The notes below the pieces were generated by a model that did no database searches, was not told the DNA's origin, and saw only the letters and a program-made list of their open reading frames with translations. Shown here one piece after another: positions 9,001 through 18,379 of a stretch of DNA of 64,000 nt; position 1 is the first letter of the stretch; every line of letters starts with the position of its first letter. A program made the position numbers and the translations under genes. Origin of the DNA: Rhabdothermincola salaria. GTDB lineage: Bacteria; Actinomycetota; Acidimicrobiia; Acidimicrobiales; Acidimicrobilacustridaceae. The stretch is from NCBI RefSeq assembly GCF_021246445.1, contig NZ_JAJQXW010000002.1:496001-560000 (forward strand). The letters are read 5' to 3'.

Positions 9001-12000
9001 CACCGTCGAGGACTTCGAGATGACCTACCGGGCGGGCGTCTGGGCGTTGACGGGGACGGTGACCCACCTCGGGGGCACCGACAGCCTCATGGGGGCCCTG
9101 GTGACCGACGAGGGCGAGATCGTGAACCTGGAGGTGACGTTGACGGCCTCGTACGGTCCGTTCGGGCGCCTCGACCCGTTCTCGCTGAGCTACGCGGGTG
9201 AGGACGCCACCCTCCCGGACGGCAGCCCGGCGCCGGAGGGGGCCGAGGTCTACGCGGTGGCCGCCACGATGCACAGCGGCGGCGAGACGAGCTCGGTGGA
9301 CGGGTTCATGGCCTTCGACGGCGGCGTGGTGCTCGCCGACCTCTCGGTCGACGTGGCCCTGGGCGAGCTGGCGAGCCTCGACGGTCGCCTCTCGTACGAC
9401 CCGGCCAAGTCCCCGGACTGGGTGCTCGGGGGCACCGACGGCTCGGAGATGGCCACCCTGACCTGCGGCACGGGCCAGAGCGAGATCGGCGGCGCGCTGC
9501 GACTCGACGACGGGGCGCCGGTGGCCGGCCGGCTGCGGGCCACCGGCCTGTGCGTCGGCGTGGCTCAGCTCACCGAGATCGAGCTCCTGGTGGCACCCGA
9601 CGAGGGCGGCACCGCCTTCGACCTCACGGCCCGGGTGGCCCAGGCGACCGACGAGGACGCGGTGGTCACCGGCCGTCTCCACTTCGTGGAGGGACGCATC
9701 GAGGAAGGCGCGCTGGCCATCCCCGAGACGACCATCGAGGGCCTCGTCACCCTCCCCGAGACCTTCCTCGCCGTCACCCGCGACGGGGACGTCGAGCGCT
9801 GGGAAGCCACGATCCGGGGCGGGCCCCTGCGTGAGCTGGAGCTGGCCTTCGACGACGGCGCCCTGGTCGCCGGCGACCTGTGGCTCGCACCCGAGGACGA
9901 CGACGGACCCCCCGTGGTCTCGTGGGGCGACTGGCTCGCGGTGGAGTCGCTGCGGCTCACGTTCGACGGGGACGCCGGGACGTGGGCGGTCGAGGGGAAC
10001 CTGGCCGAGCCCGACGCCGAGATCACCGGCGAGCTGGTGGTCGACGACGGACGGGTGCTGAGCGGCGCCCTGCAGATCGACGGGGTCGAGATCGGCCCCC
10101 TCGCCCAGGTCGACCTCACCCTCACCGTCGACGCGGTGGTGGACCGCCGCCTGGCCCTCACCGGAGAGGTGCGCGGCAAGGCCTTCGAAGGCGATCGGGC
10201 CGTCAGCGGCGAGCTGGTGTTCACCTCCGGCGGGCAGCTCGAGTCCGGGTTCCTGAGCCTGTCGGCGCTGCCCATCGGTGAGCTGGCCACCGTGGAAGAC
10301 GTCGAGATCGCCTTCACCCTCGGCACCTCGTGGGCCCTGTCCGGGACGATCCTCGACGCCAACGGGAAGCTCCTCAACGACGTGGAGGGCCTGCTCGAGT
10401 ACGACGAGGGCTTCCTGACGGCCGCCGAGCTGGAGGTGGGCACCCTCTCGCTGGGCGTGGCCACCATCGACGACCTCGAGCTCGAGCTGACCCGCTCGCA
10501 GGACGACACCAACCGCACCGGTTCCTACGCCATCTCCGGGCTGGTCGACGTCCCCGCCGTCACCACCCCGGACAAGGGCCTCGAAGCCGGCCCGCCCGAG
10601 CCGGTGACCGGCTCGCTCACCATGGTCGACGGCCGCATCGAGTCCATGCAGCTCGGCGTGCCCATGCTCCAGCTCGGCGGCCTGGCCTACCTCGAGGACC
10701 TGGAGCTGGGCTACGACCACGACGAGGCCGACGACCTCGCAACCGTCTCCGGCGCCGCCGGGCTCGTCACCGCCGGCGACCTCCCACGCGTCGATGCCAG
10801 CCTCGGGCTCACCTTCCGTGACGGTCGCATCGTCGACGCCACGGTCGAGGCCGACGGCCTGCCCCTCGGTGGTCTCTTCAAGCTCTCCGACCTGAGCCTC
10901 ACCACCGATGCGGCGCTCACCGAGTGCCCGGGACTCGAGCGCGAGGTCCCCGACCCCGCTCGTCCCGAGCTGCGCCTCTGGGCGGTGAGCGCCGTCGTCG
11001 GCCAGGACGAGGTGCCGGTGACGGGCTGCCTGGGCATCGAGGACGGCACCCTCGTCGCCGCCCAGCTCGGCCTCGGTTCGGTGGAGCTCACCGAGCTCTT
11101 CCGCTTCGAGGACCTGCTCCTCACCTACGAGGGCTTGGAACAGGCGACGCTGCCCACCACGGAGGGTGGGGAGGCCGTGCTCGACCGCACCGTGCTCGCC
11201 CTCTCCGGCACCGTGATCACCGGCGAGAGCGACACCCGCACGTTCGCCGGCCAGGCGGCGGTCATGGACGGCGGTCTCGAGTCGCTCGAGCTCTCCATGT
11301 CGACGTTGCCGTTGGTCGGCGGCGTCGAGCTGCGCCAGCTCCGCATCGCCTACGACCAGAGCGGCCGCTGGGACGGCGAGAGCGACACCACCTTCGCCCT
11401 CAGCGGCCAGGCCGTGCACGGGGGCGGCACCACCGCGGTGTCGGGCAGCTTCAGCCTGGCGCCCGAAGGCCGTGGTGGCCGGGTGCAGGCCGCCTCGATC
11501 GACATCCACGAGCTGCCGGTCGGGCCCCTCCTGCTCAACCGCTTCGGACTCGTCTACACCGCGGACGAGGGTGGGTCGGGCTGGGCCATCGGCGGTTCGG
11601 TGACCGTTCCCGGCGGCGAGACCTTCGCCATCGACGGTGAGGCGGTCGTGGCCGAGGGCCGGCTGGTGTCGGCCACCATGACCATCCCGCGCCTGCCGAT
11701 CTACGACCAGCTCCAGCTCGCCGACATGGAGTTCGCCTACTCCTTCGACGACAAGACCGGTCTCACCAGCTGGTCGGGATCGGGGGAGGTGGAGGGCTTC
11801 GGCAGCGGGAAGGGGCCCGCGGCCAGCGTGGATCTGGTCATCGACGGGCAGGGCCGTCTGGTCGACGGCGAGATCCTCGCCGAGCGCGTCGAGTGGGACG
11901 GGTTGCTCACCCTCGAGCAGTTCCGGCTCATCACCGCCGACACCGACGACGGGCGGATCTGGGATGTGTCCGCCGCAGTGCTCTCGCCCCAGGGGGCATC

Positions 12001-15000
12001 GAGCTCGCTGACCGGCAGCGTCACGCTCGAGGACGGCCGCGTCATGGCCGGGAACCTCTCGGTGACGGGCCTCTCCATCGCCGGGCTGGTGGAGGTCGAG
12101 GAGCTGTCGCTCTCCGCCTCCACCGAAGGGGACACCACCACCTGGGCCGGCGCCCTGCTGGCGCGCAGCGGCGGCTTCGAGGCGGAGGGGTCGGCCACCA
12201 TGACCTGGGCGGACGGTCGCCTCGCCGAGGCCAGCCTGGCGCTGGGCGACGTGCGCCTCGGCGAGACCCTCACCATCGAGCAGTTCCAGCTCGACTTCCC
12301 CGCCGACGTCGACGGGTTGCCCGGGTGGGCGGCCAAGGGCAGCGTGCGCCACGAGGGCGGGCTCAGCACCCTCGGGGGTGAGCTGGCCTTCGTGGACGGC
12401 CTGCCCCACCGCGGCGAACTGGTCGCCGAGAACCTCCAGTTCGGCCCGCTGGCCCTCGACGACTTCTCCCTCGCGGTGACCGACGGCGAGGTGGACTCCT
12501 GCGACACGACCGTCGGCGCCGACGCGGGAAGCGTGGTCTACGCCCTCGGGGCCACCATCGGCTACGGCGACGGGAACACCTCCAGCGCCGGCGGCCACAT
12601 GGAGCTCACCGACGGCCGGATGACCGACGCCGCCCTCTGCGGCGACGGGATCCGCATGACCGAGCTGGCCGTGCTCGACGACGTGCACCTGTCCTACCGC
12701 GCGGCGACCGTCGACCGTCCGCTGGAGCGCTGGAGCGGTGCGGCCACCGTGCGCGACGGAGAGGGCGGGCTCGCCACCGCGTCGCTGGACTTCGCCATCC
12801 TCGACCGCCAGCTCCAGTCGCTGCACCTGCAGGCCGGTGGGATCGAACTGGCCGGGATGCTCGACCTGCGCGACGTGGAGATCGCGTACGACCGTTCCGC
12901 CACGGGCACGGACTGGTTCCTCGCCGCCCATCTCGCCCGCCCGGGCCAGGCCGGTTCGCAGGTCGCGGGCTCGCTGGCCGTGGAGCGGGGCACCATCGTC
13001 GGTGGCTCCATCCAGATCGACAGCCTGCCCCTCGGCGACCTCACCGTGCTCGAGGACCTCTCCATCGACTACGTCGGCCGTCGGATACCGCGGATTCTGC
13101 CGCTGGAAGCCGAATCGGCACCGTTCGGGATGATGGGCGGCACCACCGAGTGCTCCCAGGTCCCGACGGGGCCCAACGTGCCGGGTGGGCAGCCGACCAC
13201 CGAAGGGGCCGAGTCCTACTACGCGGTCAGCACCTCGGTCACCCACGACGGCGAGACCTACCAAGGGCGGGGCTCGCTCGGGTTCGCCGACGGACGCCTG
13301 TCCGGGTTCGACGTGTCGGTGGCCTGCCTGCCCATCGGCGACTTCGTGCGGCTGGAGAACGCCCGGGTGGCCTTCACCCAGGAGGGCTCCTTCCGCCTCG
13401 GTGGTCGTGTGGGCCTCGAGGACCGCCTGGTCACCTTCTACGGGTCGATGACCTTCGACGAGGGCCGGGTGGTCGGTGGCGGCCTCAAGATCGGACACGT
13501 ACCGCTGGGGGTCACCACCATCGAGCTGCTCGAGTTCCAGGTCGGACAGAACCCCGACGGCAGCTCCACGTGGGCGGCCGGGCTCAGCATCTCCGGGCCG
13601 GAGGGCAACACCATCGGGGGGTCGGGCTCGATCGAGATGGACGAGGGCCGCATGACCGGCGGCTCGTTGACGATCGACGAGCTCCCGGTGGCCGGCCTGT
13701 TCACCATCGAGGACCTCGGGGTCTCCTTCGAGGAGACGCCCGACGGCACCAGGCTGTCGGGCAACGGTGGCGTGGCCCGGGCCGGGAGCTCCGAGCCGTC
13801 CACCCTCGCCTTCAGCCTCGACTTCGACGGTGGGCGGGTGGTCGGCGGCTCCCTGGCGGCCCAGAACATCCTCTTCTTCGACGCGCTGCCCATCCACTCG
13901 TTCTCGATGGGCTTCAGCCCCGACGGCGGCTGGCAGGGCTCCATCGGCACGGCGGTGGACAACCTGCCCTGGGCGCCCTCGATCGTGGTGGGGATGGACG
14001 TCGTCGACGGTCGTCTCATCGGCGGCGAGCTCGGCTTCGATGCCGACGGTGACGACGAGCCGGACCCGCCGAGCGCCAACGGCGTCCCGGCGTCGGGCAA
14101 CGGCGCGCTCACGGCGTTCCCGCTCAAGGGCCTCTACATCAGCCTCTGTCCCGACGGGTCGACCCGAGCCGGTTGCGACGGCGAGGGCGACGTGTGGGAG
14201 GGCGCCATCGCCATCGAGCTGCCCACCCCCAACCCGGTGGGCATCGCCGGCTCGATCCGCCTTCGCGACAACAAGCTGGTGGGGGCCTCGCTCTCGGCCA
14301 GCGGGCTGGGCCTGCCGCTGTTCCCCGGGGTGACGCTCGACAGCGTCGGCGCCACGCTCAGGAAGGACCCCAACCTGTTCCTGCAGGGCGACATGGGCGC
14401 CCGGGTCGGACCGCCGGCGGTGCCGTTCATGCAGCTCGACGGCTCGGTCAGCCTCGAGGAGCAGCCCGACTGGGACCCGTCCACGCCCTACGACGAGTAC
14501 CAGGCCGAATGGCTGGAGTTCATGCTGCGGGCCAACGCCGAGCTCTTCGGCCTGCCGGTCGACGCCCAGGGCTACATCAAGATCCAGACCCGCGGCTTCG
14601 TCGGCATGGGTGGCCGCGTCGTGGCCCAGCCGGTGGCGCCGATCACCATCTTCGGCCAGGTCGACGCATCGGTGTTCCGCTCCCAGGCCATCGGCGCCAC
14701 CAACCCCGACACGGGCGAACCGCTCAGAGGCTTCGGGTTCCAGGCCGAGGGCTCGGTGGGCGCCACCCTCTTCGGTTGGGAGGTGGCCGGGGCGGGCGTG
14801 CTGATCAACACCGTGGGCCTGGGCGCCTGCGCCTCGTTGGGCGGTGAACAGGGCCTGAACGTCGGCGGCGGCTTCTACTGGGACCGTCCGCTGCGTTCGC
14901 TGCGCTTCAAGTGCGACATGGGTCGCTACCTCATCGTGGAGGCGGCCGAGCTCAGCGAGTTCTCCAGCAACCAGGTGCAGGGCAACCAGGTGCAGAGCGA

Positions 15001-16447
15001 GCTGGTCTCGACCCCGCAGAACGAGGCGCCGACCCACGCCTTCGCCATCGGGCCGGACGAGAAGATGCTCGGCGTGCAGCTCTTCAGCGACGCCGGCGTG
15101 CCCGACTACGCCCTCGTGGCCCCTGACGGCACCCGCTACGAGGACGTCACCGACGGCGCCCCCGACGAGGAGGGCTACCTGCTCTTCCGGGGTGACCGCC
15201 AACAGCACGTCCTGGTGCTCGAGCCGGCGGAGGGCACGTGGACCCTGGTGCCTCGGGAGGGCTCCGCCGAGGTGGCCGAGGTGGTCACGTCGGCCGCTCT
15301 GCCGCCCGTGGACGTGACGAGCACCATCGAGGCCCTCGACGGCCGCCACGCGATCGACTACCGCATCGGCCGCATCGAGGGCCAGGAGGTGGCGTTCTTC
15401 GAACGCACCAAGGATCCCGACGACGAGTTCATCGCCCCGCTCGGCGGGGTGAAGGCCGGCTCCGACGGTGCCCGGCCGGCGGCGTCGGCGCCGGCGGCGG
15501 TGAACGGGGCGGTCCCGATGATCCCGGCGGCCACCGGTGATGAGCTGGGCGACGAGGTCGGTCGGCTCGAGTTCACGCCGACCGGGTCGGCCGAGGCCTC
15601 CGAACGAGAGGTCGTGGCGGTGATCTCCCAGGACGGGATCCCGCGCGAGGAGGTGGTGGTCGGCAGCTACACGGCGCCGGCAGCCACCCCGGCGGGTGCC
15701 CCCACCGATCTGGAGGTCACCGAGGTCGAGGGCGGGGTGCAGGTGCGCTGGTCGCCGCCGACCGACGACGGGGGCCGGCTGGTCCTCGGCTACCGGATCC
15801 AGTCCGATGTCGGGCTCAGCGTCGGCACCGAGGCGGACCAGACCGAGGTCTTCCTGCCCGTCCCGGCCATGGCCCCGGGCAAGGAGGTGCCCGTGGCCGT
15901 CGAGGCGGTCACCGGTGCAGGGTTCGGCGAGCCGGCCATCACGAGCTTCGTGGCCACCCAGACCACCGAGCTGCAGTACATCTCCCTGGCCACGAGCCAG
16001 CCCACCGATCCGACGGACCCCACCGACCCCACCGACCCCACCGACCCCACGGACCCCACCGACCCCACGGACCCCACCGACCCGACGGATCCGACCGATC
16101 CGACGGATCCGACCGATCCGACCGATCCGACCGATCCGACCGACCCGACGGTTCCGGGGCCCACCGACCCGGGCCCGTCGACACCGGCCCCCGGTGACCC
16201 ACCGGCCGGTGGGGGCGCCCCCCGGGTCCCCGGGCCCGACGAGCTCGCCCTGGGCGAGACGCCTCCGACGGGGAGCAGCGGCCCGTTGTCGATGCCGGCC
16301 GAGGCTCGCCGGAGCTCCGGTGACCTGGTCGTCACCGGTTCCTCGGGCACCGTCCCGGTGCTGCTGGTGGCCCTGGCCCTGATGATGGGCGGCGGCGTGG
16401 TCGCCGTCGTCGCCTGGTGGCGGCGCGACCCTCTCGAGGTCGACTGA
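6068..16447 (+). CDS. Giant (3459 aa) secreted, cell-wall-anchored repetitive beta-rich surface protein with FN3 domain (copy A)
   Basis: Arg-rich N-terminus + hydrophobic signal segment; WTGAAGDGWGDDRNW passenger-like cap; (GDP)12; long run of ~55-aa beta repeats; FN3 (APTDLEVTEVEGGVQVRWSPPTDDGG...GYRI...VEAVTGAGFGEP); (DPT)16; C-terminal LVVTG + TM helix + RR. Colinear paralog at 40555-50931. Confidence 0.9.
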   Translation: MEILGGEGLIARAPRGRVRLWWAVAMAVVVAAAATGVAAIVGADEPVWDAEDVLVVAAVDVDTTSGSRAVSVTWPTPGGTIDGFELLRDGAVVATAGGDARALVDPAAPEGGDMAYSVRAMAEGRELAELRGPEVRITADTLDCTITWTGAAGDGWGDDRNWAPVLVDAKGDPTLRSPGPADAACVEANHNLPISISEKEPAVGSLAAPAGSAAAGPLRMVDGGGLEVLGSFDARNLRIDGGDLALRAGGVIRATSTVDLSLRGGSLDITGTLAVTNGLNGDVRVYDGAVVSLHGGRLLVDELTIGPPRIGLPADASLVASGGHVLEASRTSVNGRGDLSVAGDGGTLRTGSLDVWRNDGDGRTSVAWAVGGVGDALTPDSIRSRADNELVLGDLLAIDAGDDVLEGVELDVEGRLVLGEKVGAIGDLTLQGPDAELLTGGSAVPNAGVEHVDRLNVWSTSTVWPGDLSSEAISLDDAELSVQGALTDGPADGFELEMRRSTLRVGDPLVIPPGRELALYFGPSVFDGDLVLDGRLPLDQAIDGTEFPSLTVSGDVQVRDGGEITLLHGQDALEVQGRLTVDPDGVISVWLDEAPDGPVLLVPAGGAVADPRSIALTGPGADKAVVEVRNDGLWAVPGDPGDPGDPGDPGDPGDPGDPGDPGDPGDPGDPGDPGEKCTEALPGVLGLSLTGCWSDRGEGVYAAGVAVAPDGDLPGIGGIVFEPSAGVELLLDLSEPTQPRLRSVLSADESQLGDTSVTVPLIGRDGGDVDGASFPASDGSSIDLGTFGVDWRLDQPIDLASVADLFGLPLPDGMTLQVVNDAWLLGAPIPLPAVVGGQTADFAAVISDLGIDPADLSLEGIEDAVFAELAALQDLALTWAGDTTWRIVSAIGDPFAIDGELDYDGDLTAGTLVVSGLSVAGLGDPDATVTLEFDRSQGRWSGQYEVADGQRVDVELDTDGTSLVGGTVALADVAFGLATVEDFEMTYRAGVWALTGTVTHLGGTDSLMGALVTDEGEIVNLEVTLTASYGPFGRLDPFSLSYAGEDATLPDGSPAPEGAEVYAVAATMHSGGETSSVDGFMAFDGGVVLADLSVDVALGELASLDGRLSYDPAKSPDWVLGGTDGSEMATLTCGTGQSEIGGALRLDDGAPVAGRLRATGLCVGVAQLTEIELLVAPDEGGTAFDLTARVAQATDEDAVVTGRLHFVEGRIEEGALAIPETTIEGLVTLPETFLAVTRDGDVERWEATIRGGPLRELELAFDDGALVAGDLWLAPEDDDGPPVVSWGDWLAVESLRLTFDGDAGTWAVEGNLAEPDAEITGELVVDDGRVLSGALQIDGVEIGPLAQVDLTLTVDAVVDRRLALTGEVRGKAFEGDRAVSGELVFTSGGQLESGFLSLSALPIGELATVEDVEIAFTLGTSWALSGTILDANGKLLNDVEGLLEYDEGFLTAAELEVGTLSLGVATIDDLELELTRSQDDTNRTGSYAISGLVDVPAVTTPDKGLEAGPPEPVTGSLTMVDGRIESMQLGVPMLQLGGLAYLEDLELGYDHDEADDLATVSGAAGLVTAGDLPRVDASLGLTFRDGRIVDATVEADGLPLGGLFKLSDLSLTTDAALTECPGLEREVPDPARPELRLWAVSAVVGQDEVPVTGCLGIEDGTLVAAQLGLGSVELTELFRFEDLLLTYEGLEQATLPTTEGGEAVLDRTVLALSGTVITGESDTRTFAGQAAVMDGGLESLELSMSTLPLVGGVELRQLRIAYDQSGRWDGESDTTFALSGQAVHGGGTTAVSGSFSLAPEGRGGRVQAASIDIHELPVGPLLLNRFGLVYTADEGGSGWAIGGSVTVPGGETFAIDGEAVVAEGRLVSATMTIPRLPIYDQLQLADMEFAYSFDDKTGLTSWSGSGEVEGFGSGKGPAASVDLVIDGQGRLVDGEILAERVEWDGLLTLEQFRLITADTDDGRIWDVSAAVLSPQGASSSLTGSVTLEDGRVMAGNLSVTGLSIAGLVEVEELSLSASTEGDTTTWAGALLARSGGFEAEGSATMTWADGRLAEASLALGDVRLGETLTIEQFQLDFPADVDGLPGWAAKGSVRHEGGLSTLGGELAFVDGLPHRGELVAENLQFGPLALDDFSLAVTDGEVDSCDTTVGADAGSVVYALGATIGYGDGNTSSAGGHMELTDGRMTDAALCGDGIRMTELAVLDDVHLSYRAATVDRPLERWSGAATVRDGEGGLATASLDFAILDRQLQSLHLQAGGIELAGMLDLRDVEIAYDRSATGTDWFLAAHLARPGQAGSQVAGSLAVERGTIVGGSIQIDSLPLGDLTVLEDLSIDYVGRRIPRILPLEAESAPFGMMGGTTECSQVPTGPNVPGGQPTTEGAESYYAVSTSVTHDGETYQGRGSLGFADGRLSGFDVSVACLPIGDFVRLENARVAFTQEGSFRLGGRVGLEDRLVTFYGSMTFDEGRVVGGGLKIGHVPLGVTTIELLEFQVGQNPDGSSTWAAGLSISGPEGNTIGGSGSIEMDEGRMTGGSLTIDELPVAGLFTIEDLGVSFEETPDGTRLSGNGGVARAGSSEPSTLAFSLDFDGGRVVGGSLAAQNILFFDALPIHSFSMGFSPDGGWQGSIGTAVDNLPWAPSIVVGMDVVDGRLIGGELGFDADGDDEPDPPSANGVPASGNGALTAFPLKGLYISLCPDGSTRAGCDGEGDVWEGAIAIELPTPNPVGIAGSIRLRDNKLVGASLSASGLGLPLFPGVTLDSVGATLRKDPNLFLQGDMGARVGPPAVPFMQLDGSVSLEEQPDWDPSTPYDEYQAEWLEFMLRANAELFGLPVDAQGYIKIQTRGFVGMGGRVVAQPVAPITIFGQVDASVFRSQAIGATNPDTGEPLRGFGFQAEGSVGATLFGWEVAGAGVLINTVGLGACASLGGEQGLNVGGGFYWDRPLRSLRFKCDMGRYLIVEAAELSEFSSNQVQGNQVQSELVSTPQNEAPTHAFAIGPDEKMLGVQLFSDAGVPDYALVAPDGTRYEDVTDGAPDEEGYLLFRGDRQQHVLVLEPAEGTWTLVPREGSAEVAEVVTSAALPPVDVTSTIEALDGRHAIDYRIGRIEGQEVAFFERTKDPDDEFIAPLGGVKAGSDGARPAASAPAAVNGAVPMIPAATGDELGDEVGRLEFTPTGSAEASEREVVAVISQDGIPREEVVVGSYTAPAATPAGAPTDLEVTEVEGGVQVRWSPPTDDGGRLVLGYRIQSDVGLSVGTEADQTEVFLPVPAMAPGKEVPVAVEAVTGAGFGEPAITSFVATQTTELQYISLATSQPTDPTDPTDPTDPTDPTDPTDPTDPTDPTDPTDPTDPTDPTDPTDPTDPTVPGPTDPGPSTPAPGDPPAGGGAPRVPGPDELALGETPPTGSSGPLSMPAEARRSSGDLVVTGSSGTVPVLLVALALMMGGGVVAVVAWWRRDPLEVD
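7976..8089 (+). repeat. Intragenic 9-bp tandem repeat encoding PG(DPG)12
   Basis: GACCCCGGC / GATCCGGGT units read directly. Confidence 0.95.
16001..16150 (+). repeat. Intragenic 9-bp tandem repeat encoding PT(DPT)16
   Basis: GACCCCACC / GATCCGACC units read directly. Confidence 0.95.
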
Positions 16448-16477
16448 CCGGCTCCGGGCCGCGGCCTCCCACCGATG

Positions 16478-16511
16478 CCCGCACGGCGACCCGGACCGGT
16501 CGTCGTGCGGG
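16478..16511. terminator. Hairpin between convergent genes; likely bidirectional terminator
   Basis: CCCGCACGGCGACC-CGGACC-GGTCGTCGTGCGGG: 14-bp stem with one G-U pair. Confidence 0.65.
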
Positions 16512-16534
16512 GCCGGTGGTGCCAGGGCGGAGGT

Positions 16535-18235
16535 TCAGGCGAAGTCGCGCAGCAGGCCGCCCGGGCGCACGCCGTCGAGGTCGCGCCCGTCGCGCCGGAT
16601 GGCGGTCCCGTTGACCCACACGTGCTCGATGCCGGTGCTGTGGGCCACCAGGCGGTCGGCTCCGCCGGGGAAGTCGGTGACGCGCTCGGATGGGCCGGTG
16701 CCCACGGTGGCGGGGTCGAAGGCGACCAGGTCGGCCGCCCGGCCCTCGGCGATGCGGCCCCGGTCGGCCAGCCCGTAGACCTCGGCCGGTTGGCCGGTGA
16801 GGCGCCAGACGGCCTGCTCGAGGGTGAGGTCGCCGCGAGCGCGGTGGAACTCGGCCAGGAGGTGGGTGGAGAAGTTGGCGTCGCACAGCTGGCTGGTGTG
16901 CGCTCCGGCGTCGGAGAGCCCCAGCAGGAAGGTCGGGTTCTGCAGCAACGTGGCGATCTGGTCGTCGTCGTCGTTGACCATGATCATGCGGAAACGGGTC
17001 TGGAGGTCCTCGGCGAGGGCGAGGTCGGCCATGACCGACACCGGGTTGCCGTCGCCCTCGGCGGCCATCTCGCCGAGGGTGGGGCCGTCGACGAGCTCGT
17101 GGTGCACCGAGGTCTCGGCGACCGTGACGTCGAGGAGCTTGTTGCCCCAGCGGGCCTGCATCCCCTCCCACGCCCGGTCGCGCCAGGCGGCGTCGGCGTA
17201 CAGGGCGGGGCGGTCGGCGCGCTCGAGGCCGAGGATCTCCTCGAACGCGGGCACGTTGGCGAACGGGGCCGGATCGGACAGCTGGAGCTGGATCATGATC
17301 GGCCGGCACGACACCTGGGGGTGCACCGGCCCACCGGCGGCGGCCACGCGAGCCACCACGTCGTCGGTGTAGGCGGGGTTCTCCTTCACGGTCATCAGCG
17401 CCGCCCACGACACCGGACGGTCGATGTCCTTGGCGATCTCGGCGAACTCCTCCACGAACAGGTCCGGGCCCCAGGTGGACTCGAAGGTGCCCTTGTCCTT
17501 GTCGCCCAGGACCCCCGCGAGGGTGCGGATCTCGTCGAGGTCGGCCAGGCGGCTGGGGACGGGCTTGCCGTAGGCGCCGATGTGGGACTCGGTTCGTGAG
17601 CTGGACAGGCCGACGGCCCCGGCGTCGATGCCTTCGGCCAGCAGCGCTCGCATCTGCTCGACCTCCTCGGGGGTGGCGGCCCGTTCGGTGGCGTCGGTGC
17701 CCATCACGTAGAAGCGCAGCGGCGTGTGCCCGAACAGGGCGGCCAGGTTCAGCCGCGTGGGGGCGGCGTCGAGGGCGTCGAGGTACTCCGGGAACGTCTC
17801 GAACGTCCACGGCAGACCTTCCTCGAGGGCGGACAACGTCATCCCCTCGACGTTCTCCAGCGTGCGCAGGATGATCTCGCGGTGCTCGGGCCGGGTCGGC
17901 GCGATGCCGAACCCGCAGTTGCCCATGATCACGGTGGTGACGCCGTGCCAGGAGGAGGGGGTGACGTCGCGATCCCACAGGACCTGGGCGTCGTAGTGGG
18001 TGTGGGGGTCGATGAAGCCGGGGCTGAGCACCAGCCCGGTGAGGTCGACGGTCTCGGTCGCGGCCACGTCGAGATCGGGGCCGACGGCCACGATGCGGCC
18101 GTCGCGCACGGCGACGTCGCCCGGTCGGGCCGGGCCTCCGGTGCCATCCACCAGCGTCGCCCCGGTGAGCAACAGGTCCACGGATTCGGGCACGGTGTCC
18201 CCCTCGTCGTCGGTGTGGGCGGCGGGTTCCGCCAC
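16535..18235 (-). CDS. N-acyl-D-amino-acid deacylase family amidohydrolase (alternative start 18193)
   Basis: LVDGTG...DVAVRDGRIVAVG, PGFIDPHTHYD, HGVTTVIMGNCG, SDAGAH, RGRIAEGRAADLVAFD. Confidence 0.92.
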   Translation of the reverse strand: MAEPAAHTDDEGDTVPESVDLLLTGATLVDGTGGPARPGDVAVRDGRIVAVGPDLDVAATETVDLTGLVLSPGFIDPHTHYDAQVLWDRDVTPSSWHGVTTVIMGNCGFGIAPTRPEHREIILRTLENVEGMTLSALEEGLPWTFETFPEYLDALDAAPTRLNLAALFGHTPLRFYVMGTDATERAATPEEVEQMRALLAEGIDAGAVGLSSSRTESHIGAYGKPVPSRLADLDEIRTLAGVLGDKDKGTFESTWGPDLFVEEFAEIAKDIDRPVSWAALMTVKENPAYTDDVVARVAAAGGPVHPQVSCRPIMIQLQLSDPAPFANVPAFEEILGLERADRPALYADAAWRDRAWEGMQARWGNKLLDVTVAETSVHHELVDGPTLGEMAAEGDGNPVSVMADLALAEDLQTRFRMIMVNDDDDQIATLLQNPTFLLGLSDAGAHTSQLCDANFSTHLLAEFHRARGDLTLEQAVWRLTGQPAEVYGLADRGRIAEGRAADLVAFDPATVGTGPSERVTDFPGGADRLVAHSTGIEHVWVNGTAIRRDGRDLDGVRPGGLLRDFA

Positions 18236-18379
18236 CGCCCATCCACCCTAACGCTCATTTGGTCGCGCTGCTGAGGCGCGGCCCGGGCGCGGCCGTGTCG
18301 TCAGGACGGTGGCACGACGCCCCGGTTCGTGATCGGATGCCCAGGGGCCGTCGGGGGACGGCCAGCGAAGGGGGACCAC

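Noticed and set aside
7109..15349. 2746-aa minus-strand ORF (also 44956-52650, 40657-44937, 3040-5961 and plus-strand 24019-27279, 27201-30980)
   Set aside because: Shadow frames overlapping clearly real genes; they arise from GC3 bias suppressing stops and show no motifs.
6068..16447. Giant proteins as RHS/polymorphic toxins, NRPS/PKS or type V autotransporters
   Set aside because: No YD/RHS core, no variable toxin tip or immunity gene, no catalytic modules; the C-terminus is a Gram-positive sorting signal, not a beta-barrel.
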